In this document: positions 1 to 10,803 of the stretch, in pieces
How positions within the stretch are numbered: position 1 is the first letter of the stretch
How the letters are laid out: the number at the start of each line of letters is the position of its first letter
Source of the DNA: an uncultured Methylophilaceae bacterium
Lineage (GTDB): Bacteria > Pseudomonadota > Gammaproteobacteria > Burkholderiales > Methylophilaceae
NCBI GenBank assembly: GCA_964484985.1
Contig: CAZAHP010000001.1
Coordinates: forward strand, 1 to 38,830
Reading direction: 5' to 3'
Length of the DNA stretch: 38,830 nucleotides
Translations under genes and position numbers: made by a program
The notes under the pieces: model-generated
Database searches by the model: none
What the model was told of the DNA's origin: nothing
Seen by the model: only the letters and a program-made list of their open reading frames with translations

Positions 1-18
1 CTAAAAGTGGACTCTATT

Positions 19-309
19 TCATTTTATATTGGTAGGGCAAGTGGGGAGCAGGTCACACCAATCACTAAATTGAATACTGCTATCTTCAACTTTAATAAGC
101 TCATCGTAATCTAATAGATTAGTGCTACCAATTTTCTTATCATGAATATTGATGTGTTCGCATGCAGAACTCCATTCGATCCATTCAGAATCACTTTGGG
201 AAGATGGTACTACGTTAGATTTGAGACCAAGCCTATTTACTGTTGTTAGGCAATATCGGCAGGAAACAAGTTTTTCTCGGTGCCAGGGACAAATGTCTAT
301 AAACCCCAA
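19..309 (-). CDS. hypothetical Cys-containing protein; start uncertain, possibly a frameshifted longer gene
   Basis: ORF track gives a TTG start. The frame stays open upstream to about 402 (NCTKGKKHCNTC...) with no ATG/GTG/TTG. An ATG at 418 lies in another frame. AT-rich; no family recognised. Confidence 0.3.
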   Translation of the reverse strand: MGFIDICPWHREKLVSCRYCLTTVNRLGLKSNVVPSSQSDSEWIEWSSACEHINIHDKKIGSTNLLDYDELIKVEDSSIQFSDWCDLLPTCPTNIK

Positions 310-538
310 TTCAAAAAATACATTGTGATAGCCTTTAGAAAGGCAGGTGTTACAATGTTTTTTACCTTTGGTGCAGTTATAATCACGCTCAATCTGATAA
401 AATTAAATTGTTTTTCATGCACTTCTGCATATTTATAAATTGAATCGCCAATAGTTTTTTGATGCTAGACATTTTGATGAAAGAACAACTATTTTCAGTT
501 TTTAATAAAATGATAATGTGTCGAACATAAAAGCTACG

Positions 539-1171
539 TTATCGGAGTCGCGGAAAGAATGCTGGTGTATTGGCAGCATATTTCGAATACTCCTCAGCAA
601 ACTCAGCATAAGCCTCTTTCTCTTCGATTCTGGCGAGTCTGATGTACATGTAGGTCAAAATCGGAAACATCATCAATGTTACTATCGTTGGCCATTGCAG
701 TAAGAATCCAAACATGATCATCACGAACGCTGCATACTGCGGATGCCGAATGCGTGCGTATGGTCCAGTCGTTGCCAACGCATGCTTGCGTTGAGCACTA
801 TACAACACGCGCCAAGCACCAGAGAGCAAGAAGAAGCCGGCAATGATTAGAGCGTTGCTGAGTAAGTGGAATGGGCCAAAGTGCGGATTACCACCCCAGC
901 CAAACAGATCTTCTAGTAAATGGCCTGCATTATGTGAATATGGGTCGATTCCAGGAATATGACTTGTAAGCCAGTCAGACAAAAGGTAGATGGTCAGTGG
1001 GAAGCCGTACATCTCAACAAACAATGCTACCAGGAATGCTGAAAACGCACTGAATGTCCGCCAGTCACGCTTACTCTGCGGCTTGGCAAAACTAAAAGCG
1101 AAGATGATGAATACTAGAGAGTTGATGATGACAAGTGGCCACAAGCCGTAATCAGAAGAAGGTGCATTCAT
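539..1171 (-). CDS. ICMT/PEMT-like membrane methyltransferase family protein
   Basis: Polytopic membrane ORF with the C-terminal RHPQY...E motif typical of isoprenylcysteine carboxyl / phospholipid methyltransferase-like proteins. ATGA overlap with the upstream gene. Confidence 0.75.
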   Translation of the reverse strand: MNAPSSDYGLWPLVIINSLVFIIFAFSFAKPQSKRDWRTFSAFSAFLVALFVEMYGFPLTIYLLSDWLTSHIPGIDPYSHNAGHLLEDLFGWGGNPHFGPFHLLSNALIIAGFFLLSGAWRVLYSAQRKHALATTGPYARIRHPQYAAFVMIMFGFLLQWPTIVTLMMFPILTYMYIRLARIEEKEAYAEFAEEYSKYAANTPAFFPRLR

Positions 1172-1392
1172 TTTTGATCTCCCTCTTTTGTTTCATGATG
1201 ATGATTGTGACCACCATGCCCATGATGCATGAATAAATGCATTAAAGGGCAAGCAAGTAAAATCAAGTAAGGCAGGAAACTAAGAACATGGGCGCGATGT
1301 TCTGTAAAGAGAAGTAATCCGGCAAATATCAGAAATCCATAGAATACCCATTGCCCTCTGGAAAGATGTTTCGTTTCATGTTCGTCGTTCAT
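1168..1392 (-). CDS. small His-rich membrane protein (DUF2933-like)
   Basis: 74 aa with two TM segments, then [26 protein letters not shown]. Sits between two ICMT-like genes, as in metal-resistance clusters. Confidence 0.7.
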   Translation of the reverse strand: MNDEHETKHLSRGQWVFYGFLIFAGLLLFTEHRAHVLSFLPYLILLACPLMHLFMHHGHGGHNHHHETKEGDQK

Positions 1393-1427
1393 GATGCTAC
1401 CCCTTCATATACAGTTAGATGTAGTTG

Positions 1428-2144
1428 TTAGTTACGTAAGGTTATCAATCCCCATAATACGATGCTTGGACATACGAGCATCAGTGCGCCGACAAATGAT
1501 GTCCATAAAGTAAAACCCCACATATAGAACACCAGCGTTGCTAATATTAATCCTAATGCGGGACATATCCACACCCATCGGCTGAGGGTATTATTCGCAA
1601 AGATTGGCAGGAAACCTGGCACTCGAACCATGTAATCGCTATATTTTGGCATCCGCTGCAACAAATCAACTTCTTCCAATCTAGCCATCACAGTAAAAAA
1701 TATGATGGAAAGGATAGATGCTAATAACCATGGTGCGGTGAAATGCACTAATACAAGCCCCAAGAAAACAATCAGGCCACCGACATATATAGGATGCCGG
1801 ACATAGGCATAAAGCCCTTTATCCATCAGTGAGTCGTTAATAGAAGGCATATGTGTACGCCATCCAAGCTGCAAATGACCTACTATGATTGGTACTGCAC
1901 CTGCGATTACTAAAAGCCAGCCTAATCCTTGCCCTATAGCACCCAAGTTCAATATCAAGGTTGAAGTTTCGCACCAAGCTAGTACAAGGCCATAACCATA
2001 GAGCGGGATTCCTAACATATTACGTAACAGGCCGGTTACCAGCCGTCCACCACTGACACCCCAAGAACGAGAAAAAGCACTTGTAAACGCGCTTGAACCG
2101 GCGAATACAAAGCCCATTAGAAGTGGAATCAAGAAATAGTACAT
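1428..2144 (-). CDS. second ICMT-like membrane methyltransferase family protein with extra C-terminal TM segments
   Basis: YVRHPIY motif, polytopic, AGGAG SD upstream of ATG 2144. Confidence 0.7.
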   Translation of the reverse strand: MYYFLIPLLMGFVFAGSSAFTSAFSRSWGVSGGRLVTGLLRNMLGIPLYGYGLVLAWCETSTLILNLGAIGQGLGWLLVIAGAVPIIVGHLQLGWRTHMPSINDSLMDKGLYAYVRHPIYVGGLIVFLGLVLVHFTAPWLLASILSIIFFTVMARLEEVDLLQRMPKYSDYMVRVPGFLPIFANNTLSRWVWICPALGLILATLVFYMWGFTLWTSFVGALMLVCPSIVLWGLITLRN

Positions 2145-2212
2145 TTCAGTCTCCTTTCATAATGTAAGCGGAATCAACAGCACCTATCATTAACTTTTAA
2201 TTAATCATAGAT

Positions 2213-4531
2213 TCAAAGTTTGGCTCGTTTAAGTAACGCAGAATTCACAATTACTGACAGTGAACTCAACGCCATTGCCGCTGCCGCGATAATGGGATTA
2301 AGAAAGCCGAATGCCGCAATTGGCACACCAATAGCGTTATAGATAAACGCCCAGAACAAGTTCTGCTTAATCTTGCGCATGGTGGCGCGTGACAGACGTA
2401 TGCTCGCCACTACGTCGCGAACATCATTCTTGATGAGGACGATGCCGCCGGTTTCCTTAGCTACATCAGATCCTGAACCAAGGGCGATACCGATCTCGGC
2501 AACCGCCAGCGCTGGCGCGTCGTTGACGCCATCCCCCACCATGGCAACTGATTTACCTTGTTTCTGTAAATCCTGTATCACTTTAGCCTTATCTGATGGT
2601 AATACTTCGGCAATGACGTGCTTAATACCGAGTTCTTTTGCAATAGCTTCGGCGGTACGACGATTGTCACCAGTCAGCATGATAACTTCCACATTTTCTT
2701 TCATGAGCTCAGCGATAGCGTCTTTGGCTTCAGGTTTGAGCGTGTCGGCCACAGCCAAGATACCGGCGAGGTCTCCATCTAGACCAACGAGCATCGCTGT
2801 CTTCCCTTGGGCTTCCAGCTTGGCCATGATTTCTTCCGCTGGCTTGGTGTCAATGCCTTCGCGCTCGAATAGCCGACGGTTGCCGAGAAGCGTGATCCTG
2901 CCATCAACGTTGCCGCGGATACCATGACCGGGAATGGCTTCGAAGTTTTCCACTTTAGGTAACGCGAGTTCGCGGTGTTGCGCAGCACGTACAATTGCTT
3001 CGCCGAGCGGATGCTCCGAACCAACCTCCACTGCAGCAGCGGCACGCAGAACGTCTGCCTCCGGTTGACTGCCAATAGCAATGATGTCGGTGATATTAGG
3101 CTCGCCACGGGTCAGTGTCCCAGTCTTATCAAATACCACTGTGGTGAGCTTTTCCGCACGTTCCAGCACTTCTGCGCCACGAATCAGGATGCCGGCCTCT
3201 GCTCCTTTCCCTACGCCAACCATCAGCGCCGCTGGGGTGGCGATACCAAGAGCGCATGGGCAGGCAATAATCAGTACCGCGATGAAAGCCATCAGGCTCT
3301 GTGGAAAATTACCCATCAACCACCAACCCACAAAAGCGGCAAACGCGACCAGCACCACTGTGGGAACAAAATAACTGGCTACTTGATCGGCGAGACGCTG
3401 GATAGGGGCGCTGGAAGCCTGTGCTTCTTCTACCAGTTTGATGATTTGTGCAAGCGCGGTTTCCGCGCCGACCCGCGTCGTCTTAAAGCGAAACAGACCG
3501 GTACGATTGATTGTTCCGCCGATTACTGCACTGCCTGATGACTTTTCCACCGGCATGGATTCGCCAGTGAGCATAGCTTCATCCACTGAGGAACGTCCTT
3601 CAAATACTACGCCATCGGCTGGAACCTTCTCGCCAGGGCGCACCACGATAATCTCATCTAACATCACACTTTCTGCGGGGACCTCCATCTCTTGGCCATC
3701 GCGGATGACATGTGCGGTTGCGGGTTTGAGATCTAGTAGTTTGCGCACCGCTGCCGATGAACGTTTTTTGATAATTTCCTCCATGTACTTCCCGAGCAGC
3801 ACGAAGGCGATAATGACTGCCGACACTTCAAAGTAGGATTGCCGCTGATCTACCGCCACAGGCAACACATTAGGGAAGAACACTACCGCGACGCTATAGA
3901 AGTACGCGACTGAGGTGCCGAGCGCAATCAGGAAATCCATATTGATGTTGCGGGCGCGAATCGCGTTCCATGCCCCCTTATAGAAGCCCCAGCCACCGAT
4001 GAATTGCACTGGTGTGACCAGTATCATCATCCATACTCCCCAAGTAAACCAAGGAAGTGCGTCAACCGGTACCCAACTCAAGGTCATCGCGCCACCGGCG
4101 AGTCCGAGAAATACCGCCGCACGCATGACTGCCAGCACCAGCACACCTGACATTGCAATCATGACTCGGGTACGCATGGATTTGAGCTCCTGCTCTGGCG
4201 ACTCAAAGGTGTGCTGGCAACCTACGCTACAGAAGTAATAGGCGCGCCCGGCGCGCTCGGTTTTCAGCGCTGTGGATTTTTCTACCATCATGCCGCAGAT
4301 TGGGTCTTTTGCTTTTTCTCCAACTGTTGTTGATGTTTTTGCCGCAGCCATGCCATGGTCGTGATCATGGGTGTGAGCTGCTTTGCCAATCCCTGCGTAC
4401 TTGGCTGGATTAGATTCGAACTCATGCTGGCATTTAGGTGAGCAGAAATAATATGTCGTCCCCGAATGTACAGCATTGCCTGCTGCTGATTTTTCTTCTA
4501 CGTTCATTCCACATACTGGATCAATTGCCAT
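2213..4531 (-). CDS. copA: Cu(I)/Ag(I)-translocating P1B-type ATPase with two N-terminal TRASH/YHS domains
   Basis: Motifs [15 protein letters not shown] (CPC), [13 protein letters not shown]. Two DPxCGM...YYFCSxxC repeats at the N-terminus. Start moved from TTG 4546 to ATG 4531 (GAAGGGA SD). Confidence 0.95.
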   Translation of the reverse strand: MAIDPVCGMNVEEKSAAGNAVHSGTTYYFCSPKCQHEFESNPAKYAGIGKAAHTHDHDHGMAAAKTSTTVGEKAKDPICGMMVEKSTALKTERAGRAYYFCSVGCQHTFESPEQELKSMRTRVMIAMSGVLVLAVMRAAVFLGLAGGAMTLSWVPVDALPWFTWGVWMMILVTPVQFIGGWGFYKGAWNAIRARNINMDFLIALGTSVAYFYSVAVVFFPNVLPVAVDQRQSYFEVSAVIIAFVLLGKYMEEIIKKRSSAAVRKLLDLKPATAHVIRDGQEMEVPAESVMLDEIIVVRPGEKVPADGVVFEGRSSVDEAMLTGESMPVEKSSGSAVIGGTINRTGLFRFKTTRVGAETALAQIIKLVEEAQASSAPIQRLADQVASYFVPTVVLVAFAAFVGWWLMGNFPQSLMAFIAVLIIACPCALGIATPAALMVGVGKGAEAGILIRGAEVLERAEKLTTVVFDKTGTLTRGEPNITDIIAIGSQPEADVLRAAAAVEVGSEHPLGEAIVRAAQHRELALPKVENFEAIPGHGIRGNVDGRITLLGNRRLFEREGIDTKPAEEIMAKLEAQGKTAMLVGLDGDLAGILAVADTLKPEAKDAIAELMKENVEVIMLTGDNRRTAEAIAKELGIKHVIAEVLPSDKAKVIQDLQKQGKSVAMVGDGVNDAPALAVAEIGIALGSGSDVAKETGGIVLIKNDVRDVVASIRLSRATMRKIKQNLFWAFIYNAIGVPIAAFGFLNPIIAAAAMALSSLSVIVNSALLKRAKL

Positions 4532-4552
4532 GATAGTTCCCTTCAAAAATTG

Positions 4553-4837
4553 CTAACGGCATTTTGGGCAGAATGCCACTAAGTTATAAAATAAGGCGAA
4601 CAGCACACCAACCAGAAATCCTGTCAGTGTTACATTGAATATGCCATCAGCAATTCCATCAAAGGTTAATGGAGTCTTGCTGAGGAGAATATTAAGATTA
4701 AAGCCATGTGCCCACGAGCTAACAAATCTGACCGTTGCAGCTGGAAACATATAAACTGCGATTGCACATATCAAATTGATCATCGCCGCTGTTAATGCTG
4801 TCGTGCTACCAACTCGCCAGGGATTAAGTGTGTTCAT
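4553..4837 (-). CDS. small integral membrane protein (metal-cluster associated, family not certain)
   Basis: 94 aa, 3 predicted TM segments, tightly packed upstream of copA. Confidence 0.6.
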   Translation of the reverse strand: MNTLNPWRVGSTTALTAAMINLICAIAVYMFPAATVRFVSSWAHGFNLNILLSKTPLTFDGIADGIFNVTLTGFLVGVLFALFYNLVAFCPKCR

Positions 4838-4897
4838 TTTGTCACTCCTTTCGTTAGTTCGACATCAACCAGTTTTAATCGTGCACAATCAGTAACA

Positions 4898-5638
4898 TTA
4901 GCCATCACTGGCATGGGAATCTTCGCAGAAACATGATGGGCGCTTGTAGTGATGGGAGGTATATGTCTCAGATAGCTTATGGATCAAGGTGTGGGGATCC
5001 TTTTCGTAAATCACGTGCGCGCCAGTATCCTTGCCGAAACTGGTAACTAGCTGTGGAATCTGCGTGGTGATACCGCCGCTGCCTTGAAGAATGCCAATCA
5101 CCTTGCCTTCGTCATAGGCGATAGCGAACTCACCGAGCGTACCAGAGCTCCCGCCTACGATTACAACCATGTCACTTGAGCGAATATTGATAACCTCGCG
5201 CCCCATAAGCCCGCTTCCTGTGTAAACAAGAACATCAAAGACATCTACGGGAGAAAAATACTTGTGCACATGTTCATCTTGGCTAAGGGCTGGAGAAATA
5301 CCTATCGACAAACCTCCACGACTATGCGCACCTCTTGCACATTCATACGGAAGACCGGGACAGGCACCTGTAATCAAAACAAATCCACGCTCGGCAATAT
5401 CCTGACCCATTGCAAAAACCAGCTCTTTCACTTCGGGAGTGAATCCGCCAGTGGCTGACCCCATGACTCCCACGGTTAGTCTCAAACTCGGGACTTTATC
5501 GAGAAACATACTTGGTTGCGCTAGAAACTTCTGCTTACAATCTTCTGAGCAAAAATAGTAAGCTTGCCCCTTATACTCGGTCATCGTCGCCGCACGGCGC
5601 GGATCAATAGTCATTAAACAAACAGGGTCGCGAATCAT
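4898..5638 (-). CDS. TRASH/YHS domain fused to a TIGR00725/LOG-like (SLOG, Rossmann-fold) domain
   Basis: N-terminus DPVCLM...YYFCSEDC. The rest is VGVMGSA...ITGACPG...VVIVGGSSGTLGEFAIA, typical of LOG/TIGR00725-like proteins. Start set at ATG 5638 (AAGGAG SD). Confidence 0.7.
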   Translation of the reverse strand: MIRDPVCLMTIDPRRAATMTEYKGQAYYFCSEDCKQKFLAQPSMFLDKVPSLRLTVGVMGSATGGFTPEVKELVFAMGQDIAERGFVLITGACPGLPYECARGAHSRGGLSIGISPALSQDEHVHKYFSPVDVFDVLVYTGSGLMGREVINIRSSDMVVIVGGSSGTLGEFAIAYDEGKVIGILQGSGGITTQIPQLVTSFGKDTGAHVIYEKDPHTLIHKLSETYTSHHYKRPSCFCEDSHASDG

Positions 5639-5674
5639 GTAATTTGTTCTCCTTCTATTGTGCATTCTGCAGCG

Positions 5675-6184
5675 TCATAATATATCGCCTTGATTACAGC
5701 ACTTTTTGCTTTTCGTCACCTCAAGATTGTCAACTTCAGATTCCTCCTTAAAGTGAGTGAAGACGCGTCTAAGGCGATCGGTCCACCCTTGTCCCAGCGA
5801 AGCCCCGACAGATACCAACTTGTTCTCAATTTGTTCCGCAGTGACCTGAATCAGGTCATAACTGATTTCCAAATTATCGCCATCGATATGGACATACTGA
5901 ACACCCATCATGCTGGTCAGTGCATCATGCATTTGTTGGAACTGAGTCGCATTGAGCGGACAAGCGAGACGGATATTTCGGTATTTTAAGACTTCAACGC
6001 CTTCCTGCGCTGGCGCCTTTTGACCTGGAAAGCCGATATACAGATGCGGGTTCGCAAGAAAGCGGTCTCGACATTGCTCTGAGCAAAATGCGAATGTCAT
6101 GCCAGAATACTCTGTATCAAACGATGATGCCGACACTTGCATGTGGCATACGGGATCTTTGGCTAAATCTTTCCTTTGCATCAT
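5675..6184 (-). CDS. TRASH/YHS-domain protein with uncharacterised C-terminal domain
   Basis: DPVCHMQV...FAFCSEQC motif; GAGG SD. Confidence 0.65.
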   Translation of the reverse strand: MMQRKDLAKDPVCHMQVSASSFDTEYSGMTFAFCSEQCRDRFLANPHLYIGFPGQKAPAQEGVEVLKYRNIRLACPLNATQFQQMHDALTSMMGVQYVHIDGDNLEISYDLIQVTAEQIENKLVSVGASLGQGWTDRLRRVFTHFKEESEVDNLEVTKSKKCCNQGDIL

Positions 6185-6195
6185 GTTTACCTCGT

Positions 6196-6627
6196 TTATT
6201 CAATGGAGTAAACCTTAGGTTCTTCCATGCCATTCGGAATACGATAAATTGTTAACGTGCCTTTTTTCATTTCCCCCATCCCAGGTGAATTCATTGGCAT
6301 GCCAGGTGCACTAATGCCTAGAATTGCGGGCTTTTCCTTGAGCAGTTTATTAATGGCACTCACTGGTACGTGACCCTCGACCACGTAGCCATTGACCAGT
6401 GCAGTATGGCAACTGGCGACGCGCGTCACGCCGTAACGTTTCTTTATGCTATCCATATCGTTCTGGTCGATAGCCTTAACCGCAAAGCCGTTCTCTCTTA
6501 AGTAGCTAACATATTTCTCGCAACAACCACAAGTCGGACTTTTGTAGACGGTGATAGCCTGTCCAGCGAGGGCAACAGCTGAGTTTAATGTCAGCGCAAC
6601 AGCACAAATGCGTATCCATAATTTCAT
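6196..6627 (-). CDS. copG: periplasmic CopG-like (DUF411) metal-binding protein
   Basis: Signal peptide MKLWIRICAVALTL..., CGCC motif (SPTCGCCEKY), Met-rich GMPMNSPGMGEM. Start moved to ATG 6627 (AGGAGA SD). Confidence 0.8.
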   Translation of the reverse strand: MKLWIRICAVALTLNSAVALAGQAITVYKSPTCGCCEKYVSYLRENGFAVKAIDQNDMDSIKKRYGVTRVASCHTALVNGYVVEGHVPVSAINKLLKEKPAILGISAPGMPMNSPGMGEMKKGTLTIYRIPNGMEEPKVYSIE

Positions 6628-6649
6628 GGGGTTTCTCCTGTTCAAAATT

Positions 6650-7246
6650 TCAGTGTGTATGTTCATCATGGGAATGTTCATGAGGTTGCTCATGTGAGAG
6701 TTCTTGTCCTCTAGCTTCAGTAGACATTACACCTGTATGCTCCGTGTCTTTCATCGCGGAGCTATGTTCATGTCCGTGCTGGCCGTGCTCCGCGGCGGGT
6801 AACGAAAGTACCCCCAATCCATGTCGATAAACCAATTCCCCACCATGCCAGGCGGTGGTGGCAACCATTCCCCATGCACCAATCACAGCGCCTACAAACC
6901 ACCAGGCAGGCATCGCATCCACCTTGCTGCGCCAAAAATCCCAGCCCGCTAAAACCACCAGTAACGCCAACGTAGCCAGAGCCCAAGTGCGGTGCAGCAG
7001 CATTGCGGCGTGACCGGCTTCATCGTGATTCACACTGTTGAATGCCTGCCAACCGAAAAAGACTGTTGGCAGCGCCGCCAGTGCGCCCAGCCACAGTGTG
7101 GTATGGGCTAAAGTGCTGCAATGGGCAGCACATGCCTGTTTGCCCCGCGTCGCCAGCGCTGCCACATGGAAGAATGCTGACACGGAAATCAGCGCTATCG
7201 GGAAATGCACCGCCAATGGGTGCAGGTTAGGAATGATTTCAGGCAT
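6650..7246 (-). CDS. DUF2231-like membrane protein with His-rich C-terminal tail
   Basis: N-terminus MPEIIPNLHPLAVHFPIAL, 4-5 TM segments, tail HGHEHS...HEQPHEHSHDEHTH. Confidence 0.7.
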   Translation of the reverse strand: MPEIIPNLHPLAVHFPIALISVSAFFHVAALATRGKQACAAHCSTLAHTTLWLGALAALPTVFFGWQAFNSVNHDEAGHAAMLLHRTWALATLALLVVLAGWDFWRSKVDAMPAWWFVGAVIGAWGMVATTAWHGGELVYRHGLGVLSLPAAEHGQHGHEHSSAMKDTEHTGVMSTEARGQELSHEQPHEHSHDEHTH

Positions 7247-7287
7247 GCTAGCCTCCTCTCATGAAATGTTCTTGTCGCTCGTTAAGA

Positions 7288-7650
7288 TTACTTGACCACA
7301 TCAGCTGCCTCGCGATGCATCTTGGCCAGCTCGAGATTCTCCGCTGCTGCCTGCTCGTAAAGTTTTGCCAGTTTGCTACAGTGCTGAGATAAGGATCCTG
7401 GCGCGAAACTCTTGTTCCCCGCCAGATATTTGTATTTATTAGCCAAGCTCTGGTGCATTCTGGAAGCAGCCTTGTCAGCCGCTGCCTGCTTCTCGTATTC
7501 GATGGCAATTGCCTGATGATCCGAAGGCGAGTTCGCGATTTCGATGCGTTGCTCGATACCACTCGGTTTTTTTGGGTCTTGCGAGGCACAGCCTCCAAGA
7601 ATAAGGGTTGTCGCTAATAAGGCTATAATCCATTTAGTGCGATTTTTCAT
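7288..7650 (-). CDS. lipoprotein of unknown function
   Basis: MKNRTKWIIALLATTLILGGC lipobox. Start chosen at ATG 7650 rather than GTG 7683. Confidence 0.65.
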   Translation of the reverse strand: MKNRTKWIIALLATTLILGGCASQDPKKPSGIEQRIEIANSPSDHQAIAIEYEKQAAADKAASRMHQSLANKYKYLAGNKSFAPGSLSQHCSKLAKLYEQAAAENLELAKMHREAADVVK

Positions 7651-7679
7651 GATTTGTTTCCTATGATTGAGTTGAATCA

Positions 7680-10600
7680 TCACCGATGCGCTCGGTGTAG
7701 CGAAAATTCTTTGACCAGTGCATAAATAGCAGGAATCACAATCAGCGTCAGCACAGTGGAAGACACCATGCCGCCGACCATGGGCGCAGCGATGCGCCGC
7801 ATCACTTCCGAACCAGTGCCGCTACCCCACATGATGGGTAACAGGCCGGCCATGATGGCAACTACAGTCATCATTTTTGGACGCACGCGCTCTACTGCAC
7901 CTTCCATCACCGCTGAATAAAGATCAGCCACGGCGAACGGCTTGCCCTCAGCATTTCGTTGCGCCTTCAGTGACTGATAGGCGTGATCAAGATAGATCAG
8001 CATAATCACGCCGGTTTCTGCTGCTACCCCGGCCAAGGCAATGAAGCCGACCGCTACCGCTACGCTCATGTTGTAGCCCAGCCAGTACATCAACCAGACA
8101 CCGCCCACCAGCGAAAATGGCACCGATAGCATGACGATAATGGTTTCCGTCAATCGACGGAAATTAAGGTAGAGCAGCACAAAAATGATCAGTAGCGTCA
8201 GAGGGATCACTATCTTCATTTTTGCCTTGGCACGTTCCATATATTCAAACTGGCCGCTCCAAGTGGCGTAGTAACCTGGCTGAAACTTGACTTGTTCGCG
8301 CACCGCCTTCTGCGCATCTGCCACGTAGCCGCCGATGTCACGATCACGAATATCCACGAAAATATAAGCTGATAACAGCGCATTCTCGGTACGGATACTT
8401 GGCGGGCCTTTATCAAGAGAAATGTGCGCCAGTTGACCAAGCGGAATGAGTGCACCGCTCATAGTTGGTACCAGTACCTGACGAGCAATCGTGTCTGGGT
8501 CAGAACGTAGTTCGCGCGGATAGCGCGTAATGACACCAAAACGTTCTCGACCCTCTACTGTGGTAGTAATCATTTCGCCGCCAAGAGCACTACCAATGAC
8601 TTCCTGCAAGTCACCAATCGCCAGTCCATATCTGGCTAATGCCTGCCTGTCAGGTTCGATATTCAAGTAATAGCCACCGGTGATACGCTCGGCATAAGCA
8701 CTGGTAGTACCTGGCACGGTCTTGACCACCGCTTCAATATCTTTGGCTAGTTTTTCCATTTCACCTAAATCTTTACCGAATACCTTGATACCTATTGGAG
8801 TACGGATACCAGTGGAAAGCATATCAGTACGTGCCTTGATCGGCATGGTCCAGGCATTGCTTACGCCGGGCAATTGCACCGCTTTATCCAGTTCGGCGAC
8901 CAGCTTGTCGATGGTCATGCCAGTGCGCCATTGGCTTTCTGGCTTGAGGTTGATCACCGTCTCGAACATTTCAATTGGTGCCGGATCGGTGGCGGTATTG
9001 GCGCGACCAGCCTTGCCAAATACCGAGGCTACTTCAGGGAAGCTTTTGATGATCTTGTCCTGCGTTTGCATGATCTCCGCCGCCTTGGTAACGGACAGTC
9101 CCGGCAATGTGGCCGGCATATAGAGCAGCGTACCCTCGTTCAAAGTCGGCATGAACTCGCTACCAATCTTGCTTAGTGGGTAGATAGTTACTCCCAGCAC
9201 CAATAACGCGACCAAGATGGTCATTTTCTTCCATTGCATGACCCCGGCAATGACTGGCCGATAAATCCAGATCAAGAAACGGTTCACCGGGTTTTTGCGT
9301 TCCGGCATGATCTTGCCGCGCACAAATAGCAGCATCAATACTGGCACTAATGTTATTGACAGCAACGCTGCGCCTGCCATGGAAAAGGTCTTGGTGTAAG
9401 CCAGAGGCTGAAACAGTCGGCCTTCCTGCGCTTCTAAGGTAAATACCGGCAGGAAAGAAACTGTAATAATAAGCAAGCTGAAAAATAGTGCAGGGCCGAC
9501 TTCTTTACAGGCGTCAATAATGAGTTGTAATCGAGGCGTGTCTGGCGGCGCTCGTTCGATATGCTTATGGGCATTTTCAATCATGACGATGGCGGCATCA
9601 ATCATGGCGCCAATGGCAATGGCAATGCCGCCTAGGCTCATGATGTTGGAATTGAGCCCTAGCCAGTGCATTAGCGTAAAAGCGATTAACACCCCAACTG
9701 GCAGCATCAGAATCGCCACTAAAGCACTGCGCACGTGCATCAGGAATAATACGCAAACTAATGCGACAACGATGCTTTCTTCAATCAGCGTGGTTTTCAG
9801 GTTATCGATAGCGCGGTGAATCAGGTCGGAACGGTCATATACCGTTTCGACCGTGACGCCCTGAGGCAAGCCAGGCGCAATCTCGGCGAGCTTTTCTTTA
9901 ATATTATGGATGACTTCTAGCGCATTTTGTCCATAACGCGCCATGGCGATGCCTGCGACCACTTCACCTTCGCCGTTCAACTCGGTGAAGCCGCGCCGCT
10001 CGTCTGCTGCCAGTTCAACTCTGGCCACATCTCGCAGCAATACCGGCGTACCTTTATCTGCCTTGACCACCAAGGTTTCCAGATCGCCGATGCCACGCAG
10101 GTAACCCTTACCGCGTACCATGTACTCAGTTTCAGTCATTTCCACCACGCGCCCTCCAACGTCGCGGTTGCTGTCGCGGATTACCTGCGTAATACGAGCT
10201 GGTGAAATGCCATAAGCCTGTAATTTGCGCGGATCGAGCACGACCTGATATTGTTTAACAAAACCGCCCACACTGGCCACTTCTGCCACGCCATGTGCCT
10301 TGGTCAGCTGATAACGCAAGTACCAATCTTGAATGGTTCTCAATTCCTCTAGCGAACGATTTTTAGCCAGCACTGCATACTGGTAAACCCAGCCTACGCC
10401 AGTTGCGTCAGGCCCGAGGGTAGGCGTTACACCGCGTGGTAGACGTCCTGTTACACTATTCAAGTATTCCAGCACGCGCGAACGCGCCCAGTAAATATCG
10501 GTACCATCCTCGAAGATCACATAAACAAAACTGGCACCAAAGAACGAGAAGCCACGTACCACCTTGGATTTTGGTACTGAGAGCATAGAAGTTGTGAGCG

Positions 10601-10802
10601 GATAGGTGACTTGGTCTTCTACTACTTGCGGCGCCTGTCCCGGGTATTCGGTATACACAATGACTTGCACATCGGATAAGTCTGGAATGGCATCTAGCGG
10701 AGTTTTAAGCAATGAATATACGCCTGCGCCGACCACAAACAGTGTTGCCAGCAATACCAGAAAGACATTGCGGACTGACCAGTTGATAATTCGTTCAAGC
10801 AT
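7680..10802 (-). CDS. cusA: RND heavy-metal efflux pump, CusA/CzcA family (Cu/Ag type by context)
   Basis: 1040 aa with RND topology and CusA-like blocks (AWTMPIKARTDMLSTGIRTPIG). Follows cusB with a 1-nt gap. Confidence 0.95.
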   Translation of the reverse strand: MLERIINWSVRNVFLVLLATLFVVGAGVYSLLKTPLDAIPDLSDVQVIVYTEYPGQAPQVVEDQVTYPLTTSMLSVPKSKVVRGFSFFGASFVYVIFEDGTDIYWARSRVLEYLNSVTGRLPRGVTPTLGPDATGVGWVYQYAVLAKNRSLEELRTIQDWYLRYQLTKAHGVAEVASVGGFVKQYQVVLDPRKLQAYGISPARITQVIRDSNRDVGGRVVEMTETEYMVRGKGYLRGIGDLETLVVKADKGTPVLLRDVARVELAADERRGFTELNGEGEVVAGIAMARYGQNALEVIHNIKEKLAEIAPGLPQGVTVETVYDRSDLIHRAIDNLKTTLIEESIVVALVCVLFLMHVRSALVAILMLPVGVLIAFTLMHWLGLNSNIMSLGGIAIAIGAMIDAAIVMIENAHKHIERAPPDTPRLQLIIDACKEVGPALFFSLLIITVSFLPVFTLEAQEGRLFQPLAYTKTFSMAGAALLSITLVPVLMLLFVRGKIMPERKNPVNRFLIWIYRPVIAGVMQWKKMTILVALLVLGVTIYPLSKIGSEFMPTLNEGTLLYMPATLPGLSVTKAAEIMQTQDKIIKSFPEVASVFGKAGRANTATDPAPIEMFETVINLKPESQWRTGMTIDKLVAELDKAVQLPGVSNAWTMPIKARTDMLSTGIRTPIGIKVFGKDLGEMEKLAKDIEAVVKTVPGTTSAYAERITGGYYLNIEPDRQALARYGLAIGDLQEVIGSALGGEMITTTVEGRERFGVITRYPRELRSDPDTIARQVLVPTMSGALIPLGQLAHISLDKGPPSIRTENALLSAYIFVDIRDRDIGGYVADAQKAVREQVKFQPGYYATWSGQFEYMERAKAKMKIVIPLTLLIIFVLLYLNFRRLTETIIVMLSVPFSLVGGVWLMYWLGYNMSVAVAVGFIALAGVAAETGVIMLIYLDHAYQSLKAQRNAEGKPFAVADLYSAVMEGAVERVRPKMMTVVAIMAGLLPIMWGSGTGSEVMRRIAAPMVGGMVSSTVLTLIVIPAIYALVKEFSLHRAHR

Positions 10803-10803
10803 G

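Noticed and set aside
2373-4476. Multiple 60-190-aa ORFs on both strands inside copA.
   Set aside because: They lie antisense or out of frame within a well-supported P-type ATPase gene. Such ORFs are typical shadows in GC-richer DNA.
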